A stretch of 63,989 nt of DNA, counting the filler, from Kipferlia bialata (lineage: Eukaryota): assembly GCA_003568945.1 (NCBI GenBank). It is 5 parts of 5 records of this genome, joined end to end, with 100 filler letters (N's around TTAATTAATTAA, not from the genome) between each part and the next. Parts side by side here need not be neighbours in the genome. Positions count along the whole stretch, not along the records: positions 25,671 to 38,395 come from BDIP01001043.1; positions 38,496 to 51,211 come from BDIP01001044.1; 3 more parts are not named here. One strand, written 5' to 3'. Position 1 is the first letter of the stretch. Every line of letters starts with the position of its first letter. Both the position numbers and the translations under genes were made by a program. A model generated the notes under the pieces. That model ran no database searches. It saw only the letters and a list, made by a program, of their open reading frames with translations, and was not told the DNA's origin. Of the stretch, positions 25,713 through 38,496 are shown piece by piece.

Positions 25713-28700
25713 GCTGTGACTGAGGAGCGCGATGCCCTGCTAGTAGAGGTGGACACCCTGCGTACACAGCAACGAGAGGCCGAGACTGCCCTGATGGAGA
25801 CCAAGGCAGGGGGGCCAGACCCAGACGGGATAGTGTCAGCTGCTGCGGCAGTGGCAGTGACCCAGGACACAATCATATCTCTCAGGACAAGGTACGGTGG
25901 CTAGACTATTCCCCTCTAATCACTGGTACTGACTAGACACTCTCTCTATATACATGAGTGCTCACCCCCCAGACTGGCCGATGAGAACACTGCCGTGGAG
26001 CAGCTGCAGCAGTGCCTGTCTGAGCAGAGGGACAAGGCGGTGGAGAGAGAGGCAGAGCTGGAGGCCGAGTGCACCAGACTCAGGGGTAGGCTGGCAGAGG
26101 TCACGGAGCAGGTGGGGATCTATATACACTGATGTTGTCAGTCAATATGCCCCGTAGCCACACTCACCCCAGGTTGTGACTTCTCTGAGTGACACCTATA
26201 CCGGTCTGTGTGAGGAGACAGAGAGGCCCAGCAGGGAGCTGCAGGTAGGGTATTCCACACCGTATACATGTACTGATCCGTTTACACCCCCTCCCCCTCA
26301 CCCCAGACCCGTATGAACAGTGCCGTGGCAGAGAGAGACATGGCCATGATAGAGTGCCGCAAACAGGCACAGGAGATGGCTAGGTGGGGGTGCAGTGACT
26401 CTAGTCGTAATATCTTCGCACATCTCGTTGTATTCTATGCCGCCACTACGTCTTCATGTCTGACTGTCAGGCGCTGTGAGAGGCTTGGTGTCATCCTGGA
26501 TGGAAAGAGTGCCAGACTCAAGTGGGCAAGGCTCAGCATATCAAGGTGGGGCACTGCATGAGGGTATATATGTGTGTTAGATGGATTGGCGCTGTTGCAT
26601 ATATCGACTCAATCCCAGGCTGCGTTCTGCTCTCATGAGAATTGGGGCACTATTTGGTGTTGAGATCCCCAAGGCTCTGAGTGAGGATAGCGAAAGGAAG
26701 AGAGAGGGAGACGAGTCTGACAGTGAGGGAGAGGAGGTCCACAACACTGAAGGTATCACTGCTGTGTATTTAGCTCGTTCTATAGGAGTCTATCAGTTGC
26801 CTTCATACGCTCACACCCAAGGCGATGCCCTGGAGGCTGTGGTCCAGGCTGTGTGTGACACATACAGCAGTCTACAAACGACAAGGGCAGACCTCGACAC
26901 AGCCAATGTGAGTTAGTGTATTCCTCATACATTAACGACATTGTTTGTATTACCCCCCGTTTCTGACCCCCAGGCTCTGTCCATGTCCCTTAGAGAGGAT
27001 GCCACAGATGTCCCGTCTATGAAGGCACAGGTGCGGATAGATGCTGATATATATACACTGTCTCAATAGTATTTCCATTTCCTCTTGAGATATTATCACT
27101 AACCCCCCAGATATCCTCCCTTGAGACCGACCTCAAGAAGGCCAGAGGCATGGCCACCAGGGCAAGGAGAGAGCTCAAGGCGGCATCGGAGGAGACAGGT
27201 GGGATAGATATCCCAAGTCATCTCGTTGTGATATACTATATGTATACTCTACACCCATCTCACCCCCAGCCTCCCTTAGGACTGAGCTGGAGACTGCGAA
27301 GAAGGAGGCCATAGCCCATGCACTCAACGTGGCCACCCTGGAGACACGGCTCAGGAACAGCCGCAGACCACCCTCAGCCACTGCCAAGAAGAGGGAGAGA
27401 CCCCAGAGTGCAGCAGGGTGAGGATGTGTCATATGTGTGTATTTGTATGTACGTGTCGAGTGGGTTTTCATCTCTATATCTTACCCCCAGGTCCGACTCC
27501 AAGCAGGCAGAGATGCAGGCGAGGAGAGAGCTGGTTGACCTGCAGAGGCAGTTTGACAGAAGGGGGAGAGAGGTATGGGTACAGTCTCTTGGTATATGTG
27601 TCAATTATGGATTCCCTACTACCTCCACCCCCAGCTGGACAGTGCCACCAAGGCCCAGCGTGCTGCCCAGGCGTCTGTCTCCCAGCTGGAGGCCAGGCTG
27701 AGGAAGGCTAACACTGCAGCCAAGCAGGCCAAGGGGAAGACACAGGGACAGGGAGGGAAGGCCGCCAAGGTATGAGGATACTCACTATACCATAATAGTA
27801 TATATTGTATATTGATGGATCCCCCACCCCCAGGCCCCGACCCCCGATGCCGCTCTGACCAGACGCATCACCTCTCTGGAGGCCGATGTCAAGCGGGAGA
27901 GTGCCATGGTGGCCAAGTACAAGAGAGAGGCAGCCCTCATCAAGGGCAAGTACACAGCTCAGGAGACGGCACTGGCAGAGGCCAAGAAGAAGGCATCGCT
28001 GGCGGCACTCAGGTGAGGGAGTTACGCTAGACTACCCTCCATGCATACACTCATTCCCTCTCTCTCTCTCATGGCAGGGTGTCCCAGCTGGAGGAGAGGG
28101 TGAGGCTGTCCTCGGTCAGACCCAAGACAGCCAGGGCATCGGAGAGGGAGAGAGAGGAGAGGGAGAGGGAGAGAGCCAAGCCCTCCAAGGCCCCGGAGGA
28201 CAGCAACGCCTTTGACAAGTGGGCTGCTAACAAGGTATGGAAGTGAGGTCTACAGTGTCATACAGTCATAGTTATCGAGCTGTAACGGATTGTTCTGCTA
28301 GTCTCTGTCTAGATATGTGTCTGACGCTTACCCTGTAGGACATGAAGGATAGGCTGAGGGACATGGACGGACAGGTCTCAGAGCTCAGGGCCACAATAGC
28401 ACGCAAGGTACATGCACTCACTTCCACAGTATATACCATTGATCCCTCACCCCTAGGACCGAGCCCTTGTCTTACGTATACTTACCGTTATTAATTTGTG
28501 TGTCACTCCTTCCTCACCCCTAGGACCGCGCCCTTGTGGTGCTTAGGAATGAGCTGCATGCCAGAGCCACCAACAGCCAGACTGTGTTTGGGACAGGTGG
28601 GTGGTGGTCTATAATAGTGCACTCTCTCCCCTACATAACCCTAACCCCCAGATACTGTGATGCACTCAGACATGGGCATGGACATGGACATGGGCATGGG

Positions 28701-28764
28701 AGACACACTGGGGGACACCCAGGACGACCTATCCTTCACAGTCCATGGGGGGACGGTGCAGTAG
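25713..28764 (+). CDS. Coiled-coil protein, 5' partial, multi-exon
   Basis: Short-intron exons encoding heptad-like E/A/R/K/L-rich sequence (AVTEERDALLVEVDTLRTQQREAE..ISSLETDLKKARG..VSQLEARLRKAN); stop TAG at 28762-28764. Confidence 0.75.
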
Positions 28765-29593
28765 GGACAGAGAATAGAGTTAACTTAACATCTGTGTTAG
28801 GAGGTGTGTCACGTAATATGGGTAGTGAATAACACTGCGAAAGTGCCACATATTGTAGGTGAGGATTCCTCTCGGGAGGCTGGTTCCGAAGAGACCTACC
28901 TAATACAACTAGTGTCAAAGAGTAACATTTCTGCACAAGGATCTCACTTCTGCCCTTGTACTGGCAAAGAGTCAAAGCGACCATCAGGACTCACAAATGA
29001 AAAGTGACCCTCAGCGTTTTTGTGCAAGGGGTTTAGTATCAATTCTCACACTGATTGGCTGTTGATTGGATTCCCACACGCCAGAAGTGTTGGTTCAGTC
29101 TTTCTGAATGCATAGGAGCCCCACTCTTCTTTGATTCCATCATGAGAGGTTAGTGGTGTTGTGATAGGTGCCTTGTAGAGTGTACATGGAGCATGGCATT
29201 GTGTGTGGGTGCATGTATAGCGTCTATGCCCTTTATTGCACTTGGATTGATTGTCTTTCTATTTGCCGCGTCTTCTATGAGCAGTCCGGCTAAATCCCAT
29301 CCTGACTTCCAGCTACCTTTGTTCTTCTGTGCCTTGCACTGCTGGGGACTGCCCTCTGCACCGACCCCACTGTGTATCACTACACCACACCCACAGGCTC
29401 ATTCAGGTCAGTATGTATATTCCACTAGGACTCTGATGATACCGTCTGCATATAGAGGGCGGTACCTCATGCATATTGTATATTAGAGGTCCCTTCTCTC
29501 TCTCTGCTACATATTTGAGGACTATAGTATCACATATCTATTCAGTATAGTTTAGAGGGAGAGGGTTCCCAAACCCTTGCTCCACCCTCACAG

Positions 29594-29852
29594 CCAGGAA
29601 TCAACGCTACGAGAACTCCCTGAACGATGTGTACATGATCCAGGTGGGGGCTTCTATGATACGTATTACTATATTGTAATATGACCTTATATTCATTGCC
29701 GTGTCGTTTGTACGGCATGACAATATACGTACGTTTCTTTCATTGCAGTTGTGTCTGCTCTCTCTACTCTCTCCTCTGTTTGACCCCAGGTGCCTGGTGT
29801 CACCTCCATCCACATTGACATCACTGGTGTCACAGAGAACGGCTACGACAGG
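29594..29852 (+). CDS. Exons of a CUB-like extracellular domain fragment
   Basis: RYENSLNDVYMIQVPGVTSIHIDITGVTENGYDR resembles the CUB pattern Y-x-N..I-x-x-PG..I..TE-x-x-YD; continuation not found. Confidence 0.45.
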
Positions 29853-29991
29853 GTATGGGAACAGTATATACATTGTAAACAGTGTCAATAATCTATTCAT
29901 ACTTGGGCTAGTAGCCTGCATCATTTGATAACCATCCACGATAACCCCGATTTCAACCCCGCCAGCCCCCCCCCCTTTCTTCAAAAAGGAT

Positions 29992-30028
<37 letters not shown>

Positions 30029-30041
30029 TTAGTAACCCTAG

Positions 30042-30117
30042 GAAGAAGGAGAACAGGCACTTTGGTAAGCTGTCCGACGAAGATAAGGCCACTCTCAAGC
30101 ATGCCAGGTATCATATT

Positions 30118-30150
<33 letters not shown>

Positions 30151-30500
30151 AATACAATATATACATACACATACAAACTGATACCAGGGCACTGCTCCGC
30201 ATGGCACACAGCATCAATGCTGCTGCTCGCCACAAGCGAGTGCGTATCGGACAGCTACTTGGCAAGGCCAAGGCAGATAGGGAGGAGGAGATAGATGCCC
30301 TAGTCAGGGAGGGCATGGAGGAGGAGGAGAGGGAGAGGGAGGAGGAGGACTACTACGTCGACCTCGTCTTCAACAACGACGTCATTGACCTCACCCCCGA
30401 CGTCACCGTTGACCTCACCCCCGACGTCACCGTTGACTTCACCAACGACCTCGCCGTTGACAATGGTGAGACCGAGATCGAGGCACTCTTTATCAGTTGA
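30042..30500 (+). CDS. 3' exons of an acidic protein with tandem VIDLT/VDLT (SIM-like) motifs
   Basis: Two exons in phase, ending EEEDYYVDLVFNNDVIDLTPDVTVDLTPDVTVDFTNDLAVD..FIS*; 24-bp tandem unit. Confidence 0.55.
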
Positions 30501-30840
30501 TAAATAAAGAGAATTATAAAATAAAATATCAAATAAATTACCATAAAATAAAATGACTTTTTAGGTCAGGTCCCATGCCTGGAAAAAAACACTACGTAGT
30601 GTTCCCAAACTATGTTACTGGACCCCTACCTATGAGAATTAATTATGAGAATTAATTATGGGAAGTGTCGGTCATATTCATTCGAAGGCATTGACGGATG
30701 CACTACAGCTATGGGACTGACATTGATCCGTCTATTCACAACATCGACCTAAGACTCAGAAATGAACACAAAACACAAAGAAACACAAGCTAGTACAAGA
30801 CTACACACATGAAAACACCTTGTCACAACAGCCGCGACAA

Positions 30841-33800
30841 TCACCGCAGGGCGGCATAACAGCCGTTGAGAGCATACTTGGCCTGCGGGATAGAGAGACC
30901 ACCAACGTTCTCTCTCCCCCTGTCCCTCTCTCTGTCTGTGAGGGGCAAGGCCACTGCCTCTAGCCCACCTACCAGTACAGTCCTCTCCCTATCAACATAC
31001 AGAGGCACAGAGACTGACTGCACAGTGCCGCGTCTCTCTCTCTCTCTCTCTCTATCCCTCTCCTCCTCTCTCTTATACACTAGAGACATGGCGGGAAGAG
31101 CACCCTGGGTACCAGCACCGAGAGCCACTCCTGATGACCCGTACCTACACCCAAAGAGTGACACCTGCCTAGCAGGCACAGTGATACCCACTGCATCTGA
31201 CCTAAGTACACCCATATGCACTTCACACACTAGGGTAGTGAATGGGACACCCATCCTCTGTGCGGCATGTCTCTTCGCAGCTGCTAGCACCGTGGCGGGT
31301 CTGGGGGTAAGGGCTATGGGCAGGGTGTCACCCTGGGTCACAGCCTTGCACACCGCCTCTACACTATCCAGCAACCACCCCATGTACCCCTCAGGTGTAC
31401 CATCACACTCAGTAGGGGGCATGGTTGGGTCAGAGATGGGTATAGAGGGACAGGGCGGGCATATGATGCCCCTGGTCCAGTGGTCTGGGACGCACCCCCT
31501 GGCGATGTAGCTACAGAGGGTCTTGTCGACAACAGGCATGGAGTCAATCTCTCCGGCAGTCAGGGCTGTCACGCTCTGGACAGCGGAGGAGAGGTCACTA
31601 GCCACTGTGGAACAGAGAGAGAGGCAGAGGGAGAGGTCAGCCAGAAGTGCCTCTGCTAGGGGTGACTGGGCCTTCCCAGACATCGACTGTAGCATGGCCC
31701 TCGCCTTGGTATATGCTCCCTCGTGTCTGGTGTGGAGGGCACTTAGTTTATGTACAGCCTCGTACCGCTGTGTACCTAGTGCTGCACCATGGCTAAGGGC
31801 AGCCACTAGACCCCTCCTAAGTGTGGAGTAGAGTCTGACACCCGGTGCCTTGAATGCGTCTGCATCTAGCCCTAGCATAGCAGGTGACACACTCAGGGGG
31901 AGTGTCCTGTCACAGTGTGTCTGGGCCCTATCGATAGAGACAGGGGAGGTAGCGGGAGGCGTCAGGTGCTGGATGATGGGGAAGTGCGTGGGCAGCGAGG
32001 ACGCGGCGTGTAGGGATATCGACTGGAAGGCCAGAGAGACCAGCACGTGTAGCAGCTGTCTGTCAGCACTATCCATCACTGGTCCACCGTATATGGCCTC
32101 CTCCACTATGCCTCGCACTGCCCATAGGTCTTGTGAGGAACCACCAGTCTTGGCCAGCCTTGTCTGTAGGGCACTTAGTAGGGTCTCCATATCAGCCTGG
32201 CCCCACCTGGGGACCCTAGACACACCCCTGCATATCAGTGACAGAATACATGAAGAGAGAGTATTATACTTATATATGTGTATATGTATATACACCCACC
32301 TAGGTTGATACTCCTTTCTGGCCAGCAGGACAGAGTGCAGCACAGCGAGGCTGTATGTGGCTGGGGACACGTCCCTAGAGGCAAGGCTGGAGAGGATGGA
32401 GGAGACGTTGCTCTGGACAGAGACAGTGCTATCCACACACACGCGCACACACATGCGCATGAGAGAGGAGGGGAGTCCATGCCTCAGCTGCGTGGTCACT
32501 GCAACCTTGAACCCACCCTCAGATGCTCTCTCTCTCTCCCTCTGCCTCTGTGCTGTCCCAGCCCTGAGGTCTCTGAGTAGACCAGGCAGCATATCAAGCA
32601 GAGAGGGGTTGAGGTGGGCGTTCTTGACCAGCACCCACGTGTTGCCAGAGGCGTACGCCTTCTTCAATGTGTCTACCACCTTCTGTACATCACCCCCTCC
32701 CACTGCAACCTCAAGCAGGGTGACACCCGCCCTGGCACTCGCCTAGGGGTAAGAAAGAAAGGTGTAAAAGAGACAGGATAGCGAATGGAAGAATATAAAC
32801 CATCTAACCCCCCACCTGCTGTATGTCTGAGGTAGGGTCTGCCCCTGCCACGCATAGTGCAACGAGGGGGGCAGAGACAGAGGACCTCTCAAGTGCAGCA
32901 TCCCAGTCAGCTGTGTAGGTGCCCTCCCTCTCAAAGACTGCCCTGGCCGCACTCAGTACGGCAGCAGAGGTCCTCTCGGGCCACAAGGCACACACAACAG
33001 CTGCTCTCTCGAGGGGAGAGAGGTGGGCAGCCTGACGTAAGTGAAGATAGGTTAATACACACTACATAGTTCATGGGTACGTACCATCTTGGGCCACGTT
33101 GATGCCTTCAGGGCCTCTGGGGCTGGGCCTGGGTCCTTGGCAAAGAGAGACCACTCCGAGGAGGATATCAGCCCAGTTCTGCTGAGTAAGCCTGGCCTCA
33201 GCGCCTGGCCGAGCAGCTCCAGCCTCTGTCTGCTGGTGCCAGATGCCTCAGTGAAGAAGGACAGCAGCTGAGCAGAGCACATGGCGGGTTGGAAGGCCTG
33301 CAGAAGGAGCACTGCTACAGTGGCCCTGTCAGCAGCAAACACTGAGGGCAGGAGCCTCAGGGCCAGCTCCTGGAAGAGCACGATACCGGCCCTATCGACT
33401 GGGTACCTGCCTCTCTTTGGCACCATCTCCTTCCCCCCTTGGCCTATGAGACTGGTGTCTAGTGCGGTGGACAGACACTCTGTCAGTAGGGCGGCAGGGT
33501 CAGCAGCATAGGCAGGGTGGATCCTGCCCATGGCCTCTACGACACCATGTGCTCTAGCGGCTGCTTCGGCTAGGGGCTCCACCTCCCCCATGGCCTCTAG
33601 AATGGCCTGTCTCGCAGTGTCGGCCTGGGCCCTGGACTCCTTGATAGAAGAGGTCTGGGCCTTGGCCTGTGGGTTAGAGAGAGAGAAAGAGAGAGAGAGA
33701 GAGAAAGGGCGAAAGAGAGGTTATATTCAAGTAATGGATGCCTGAGAGAGTGCCTCAAACAAGGGTGCGTTCTCGAGTAGAGGCACGTCACTCTCGCTTG

Positions 33801-36800
33801 CTTTAGTCATCACAGCCAGTAGATCCTCCTCAGCAGCGTTGAGTGAGGAGTTCAGCTGTCTGATGCTGAGTCTGAGCTCAGAGTCCAGCGCCTGCAGGTC
33901 TGGGGCGTATCTAGCCAAGATGGCCCTGGTGAAGGTGTCTGTGATGGATGCAACGGTGGCCATGAAGTTGAGCTGGAGGGCAGGGATGGAGGGGGGTACA
34001 GCAAGGGGTGCCGGGGAGACCAGGACCACTCTGAAAGCAGGGTCCACATCCACCACTCTCCCTGGGCCCAGTCTGACAGAGTACGCACCACTCTCAGACC
34101 TCACCTCCCTAGAGCCACTGAAGAAGGGCACTATACAGGGAGGCACAGCGTCAGCGACATCGGTCACAATGAGAGACTGGCCAAACCTAGTGTCAGTATC
34201 AGTCTATCTATATATTATATATACTGATACCTTGCAGCTACGGCAGCGGCAGAGGCAAGGGTCTCCCCAGGCTGCACCACAGTAGGCTTGTCCAGCCACT
34301 GCTTGAGGTATGCGGTGACATCGTCTCCTCCCACGCACACAATGAGGGAGGGTACATAGTCGAGGGCGCGTCTCTGCTCCCTCTCCTTGTCAGTCTCTCC
34401 CTCTCCCTCTGCCTCAGCGCTGTCTCTCGCTAGACAGAGAGAGAGAATGCCAGCGTTCTCAGCAGCAGGGACTGTATCTGGCAGACCCTTCTCCCTGTAC
34501 ACATCGAGAGCAGCATCACTGACTAGCAGTCCCCTGATGAGGCCTCTGTCCACACCCATGGCCCCAGCCACACCCACCCTGGACCGCACACCCCTCGCGT
34601 CATCGGGTAGGGGACCCGCAACGACAGCGTACACAGCTGCCTCAGCTGCAGTCTTGGCCACGCGTGACATGCTCTCTCTGATGGTGCTCAGACCCTGCTC
34701 CCACCTCTCTCCCTCACTAGAGAGGGAGGAGAGTAGCGCAGTACCCCTCTCCAGGGTAGCAGTGGTCTCGGACAGAGACTGCTTCAGGGCCAGGGCAGTG
34801 GAGGTCTTCTCCTACTGGTGAGCATGGTGTCGTAAAGTACAGATATTGTACCTGCATGGTATAGAAGTACAAGGGTCTGTGTATGTATAGGACGGCAATT
34901 CTACGCGATATCTCACACCTGGAACTCCTTCCTGAGCCTGTCTGTGTCCACATCAATCTGTGCAATCTCTGCCTCGATGTCTGTCAACTTGTTGGCTGCT
35001 GCAACGAGTCTCCCCTCTGCCTCCCTCACAGCCTTCTCCAGGGGGGCAACCTGAGGGTAGAAGATGAGTGTTACATAACTATGATACTAAGTATGGTCTT
35101 CTCAAGGTGGGTAACCTGAAGGTGTAAGACATAGGGGGACAGAGCCTAGGTGGGTATAGTCTGACAACATACCAAGATCCGTTCTTTGTCACTGACCCTT
35201 CTACAACGATACTATATTTAACATGAGTAAGTATAGTGCATGTACCTTCTTCGTGACTGTGACACTGGTGACAGTGGCCTTGACCCACCCAGCGAGGGGG
35301 GCAGCGGCCTTACTCACACGGGATATCCTAAAGGTAAGGGCAATCGTGTAGCTAAGAGACGGTAATGTAGTGAAATGCAGTTTACCTGGCTGGGTCGAAG
35401 CAGTCACTGTTCGACGTGAGGATACCGTCCACCTTGTTGATCACCCTAGAAGACACAGAACGGGGATCAAAGGTACCTACTCTGTTCTTAAAGTCCTGTG
35501 CATCAGACAAATTTAACATTTACGTTCTCAGGTCAATTCCAATGAGCATCTATATGAAACAAGTACCCTTCTCACCTTGTTCATGAGGATCTTCTTGATG
35601 GTCTTCCACTCACACTCTCCCTCTCCTAGCAGGAGACATACTGCCTGGGGTAAGTGAATGCTCTTAACCATATATCCACCCCAATAACTAGACAATACAT
35701 ATATACAACAATTACAGTTATACCTCCATGACTCTAGCGACAGGGGGAGGTGGCTTTGAGTAAGCCTTGAGCTCAGCCAGTTTGTCCTGGGGGATACCCT
35801 GCACGGCCTTCTCAGCAGCCTCCAGCATGGGTCTCACCTGGAGGTTAGTATGTTGACATGTATATGTGCGCCTATATCAATCAGAACTCTATGAAAATAT
35901 CGCACATACCTCCAGCAGGTCTCTGTCTGCATCTGCCTTCCTCCTCTGGATGTCCTCTCTCTCAACGGCCAGGTCAGACCGGATCTGGGCGGCCTCCTCC
36001 TTCCTAGCAGCTGCCCTCTGCATAGATAGAGAGATGGTCTCCATGGCGGTGGAGGCGTTGCTCTGGGCAGTCATCAGCTCGGCATGCCTGCCCTGCAGCT
36101 GGACCTTCAAAGAATCGATGGCCTTGCCTGGAAGGGTGAGGACTATGTATGTTACGCGATAGTGTGATGCGGTACTTGAACCCACCTGCTGCCTTGAGCT
36201 GTGCTGTTCCAGCCAGGAGCATCTGCAGTCTGCCACTGAGAGCCCTGGTACACTGGTCGGTGCACCTGCCTGCATGTCAGTACAATAGTCTATGTAATAG
36301 TATAGTGTAGTATATATAATAGTCTAATTTGAGTATAAAGTCGAAACCTGCCAGGGCACCCATTGCCAATACATCACCACTGGTAGGTGCGCATAGAGTG
36401 CGAGACTCGACCAGTGGGTGCAGGGACGGCAGGAGAGACACCATGGCGTTAGCTGTGCTCTGTGTATCGTGCTGTCCCTCTCTACCATGTCTGATCTGAC
36501 TGGCTATGGTGGAGTTGATGGTACCGACGAGAGAGGGCACAGGGGTGTCAATGGGGGGTGCTATGATGCGGCAGTGCTTGGTAAGGGGAGGGTGACTCTC
36601 CAGAATACTGCTTGTGTCAGGATGGGAGGAAGGCAGCACCAGGATAATACTGACTCTGTCGCCAAAGCCCCTCCCCAGCTTAGCCTCCACGTCCACCTCT
36701 CTCTCCGGCACCTCTGTCCATGTATCCCTGGCTGATGACCGAAGCTGGTTCCTCTGGGTTGATGATAGGACATCGAGGAGAGAGGCTGGCCTAGAAAATG

Positions 36801-38395
36801 CGTCACATACAACGTCCAGCCACCTAGGCACTGCCTCGAGGACAGACATCCTCAGGAGCAGTACACATCTCTCCCCAGTGACGCCACCTCTCTGCATCAC
36901 ATCACATACAGTGACACCCACATCAGCAGCCTCACAGCTGGGCTCTACGACACTGGCCAGCAGCATAGCACTCGATAGAAGGACGGCGCTCTCTACCAGG
37001 CCCTCCTCCCCACCCACCACAACTGCGCTGCCTGCATCGTAGAGACCAGTCTCGAGGTGTGATGTAAGTAGGGCAAGACCCGGGGTGTCTGGTTGGGCAC
37101 ACCTAGGTGTGTGTCTGAGGATGCACTCACGCACATCCCCCAGACGCTGCATGTATGCCTCCGTGGATATGGGTCTGGGTGCACGGGGTGTGGCATTGAC
37201 CTGCACAGCCTGTACGGCCAGTGTCTGCAGGGTGTCACTGGACATACAGGACAGCACACGGTCAAAGGTGGTGGTAGCAGCAGGGGCGGCACTCCTCTTG
37301 CCATTGCTACCTCTCTCTCTCTCCCTCTGCTCTCTCTCTAGCACAGACGTGTGGAACTTGTGGGTGCGTAGTGTGTCTGACAGTGCCTTGACGACACCTG
37401 CAGAGAGTGCCTTGGACTGACAGGGGGCACCTAGCACTAGGACACCAGAGAGTGCCAGACAGTCGGCCTGGGAGAGTGCCGGGGAGGGGGGCAGGGCGAG
37501 GAGAGAGGCCGCGACCTCGGCCCATCTGATCAGCACCTGCAGAGTAGGGAGCACAGCCTGAACCACCACAGGCTGCACAGGTGACACCTGTCTAGTATAT
37601 GGTGGGAGCAGCCCACTCTCCAGGGCCCTGATGCTGGAGGTGGCTGCCTCCTCTGCCTTGTCTCTCTCTCTCCCTACCACTGATGCCACAGGCCTAGCAG
37701 TCTCAGCCATGCACATAGACATCCTCCTAAGCAGGGCAGTGTCTGTGGCAAGCACAGCAGCAGAGGGGCATAGGGAGAGGGCGTGACTGAGGTGGCTGGA
37801 CACTATACCGGCAATGTCACTCTTGACCATGGCAGGTAGGTGCACAGTCTCACACCGACTGGCCAGTCTGGAGCTGATGCTCTCCCTGCCACTGTCTCTC
37901 ACAGTCAGCACCACGTGCACACCCCTCACCCCACACACCTTGGGGCCGTCGGAGTGGTCAACCACAATGTTGCCGTGTGCTATCAGACCCCACAGACATG
38001 CCAGGAGAGGCACAGTACCGTACTCATCGGCAGGCACAACGTCTGCATCCCTCAGCACCACACAGAGTGGGGGAGAGGCAGATAGGACAGGAGAGCCATC
38101 GGGAAGGGTGGAGGGCATGGTGTGGGCAACAACCGCAGCCACAAAGTCCTTGGCAGAGGTGCCCACACTGCAGGGGATCTCCACGGCTCTGTACTTGTCT
38201 GCCACTGCTAGCCTCACGGCTGTACCCTTGCCACAGACACCAGGTCCAGACACTATGGCGCATGACCCCATATCCAGACAGGTCCTGACACTAACTGCTG
38301 CACTGTGTAGGGGGGCAGTCACAAGGGTGGGGGTGGGGGTGGGGGAGCCGGGCAGCCTGACGTTAACCACAGACCCTATCCTGCCAATCTCCCTA
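30841..38395 (-). CDS. DYNC2H1: Cytoplasmic dynein-2 (IFT retrograde) heavy chain, 3' part (AAA3 to C-terminus)
   Basis: AAA3 P-loop GPGVCGKG, DEYGT; stalk ..METISLSMQRAA..VRPMLEAAEKAV..ELKAYSKPP..SKAAAPLAGWVKA (dynein-2-like); AAA6 GADPTSDI, GNTWVLVKNAHL; IYGG; C-terminal VPLY. Confidence 0.88.
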
Positions 38396-38495
38396 NNNNN
38401 NNNNNNNNNNNNNNNNNNNNNNNNNNNNNNNNNNNNNNNTTAATTAATTAANNNNNNNNNNNNNNNNNNNNNNNNNNNNNNNNNNNNNNNNNNNN
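38396..38495. other. Artificial contig-joining spacer
   Basis: N44-TTAATTAATTAA-N44. Confidence 0.98.
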
Positions 38496-38496
38496 C

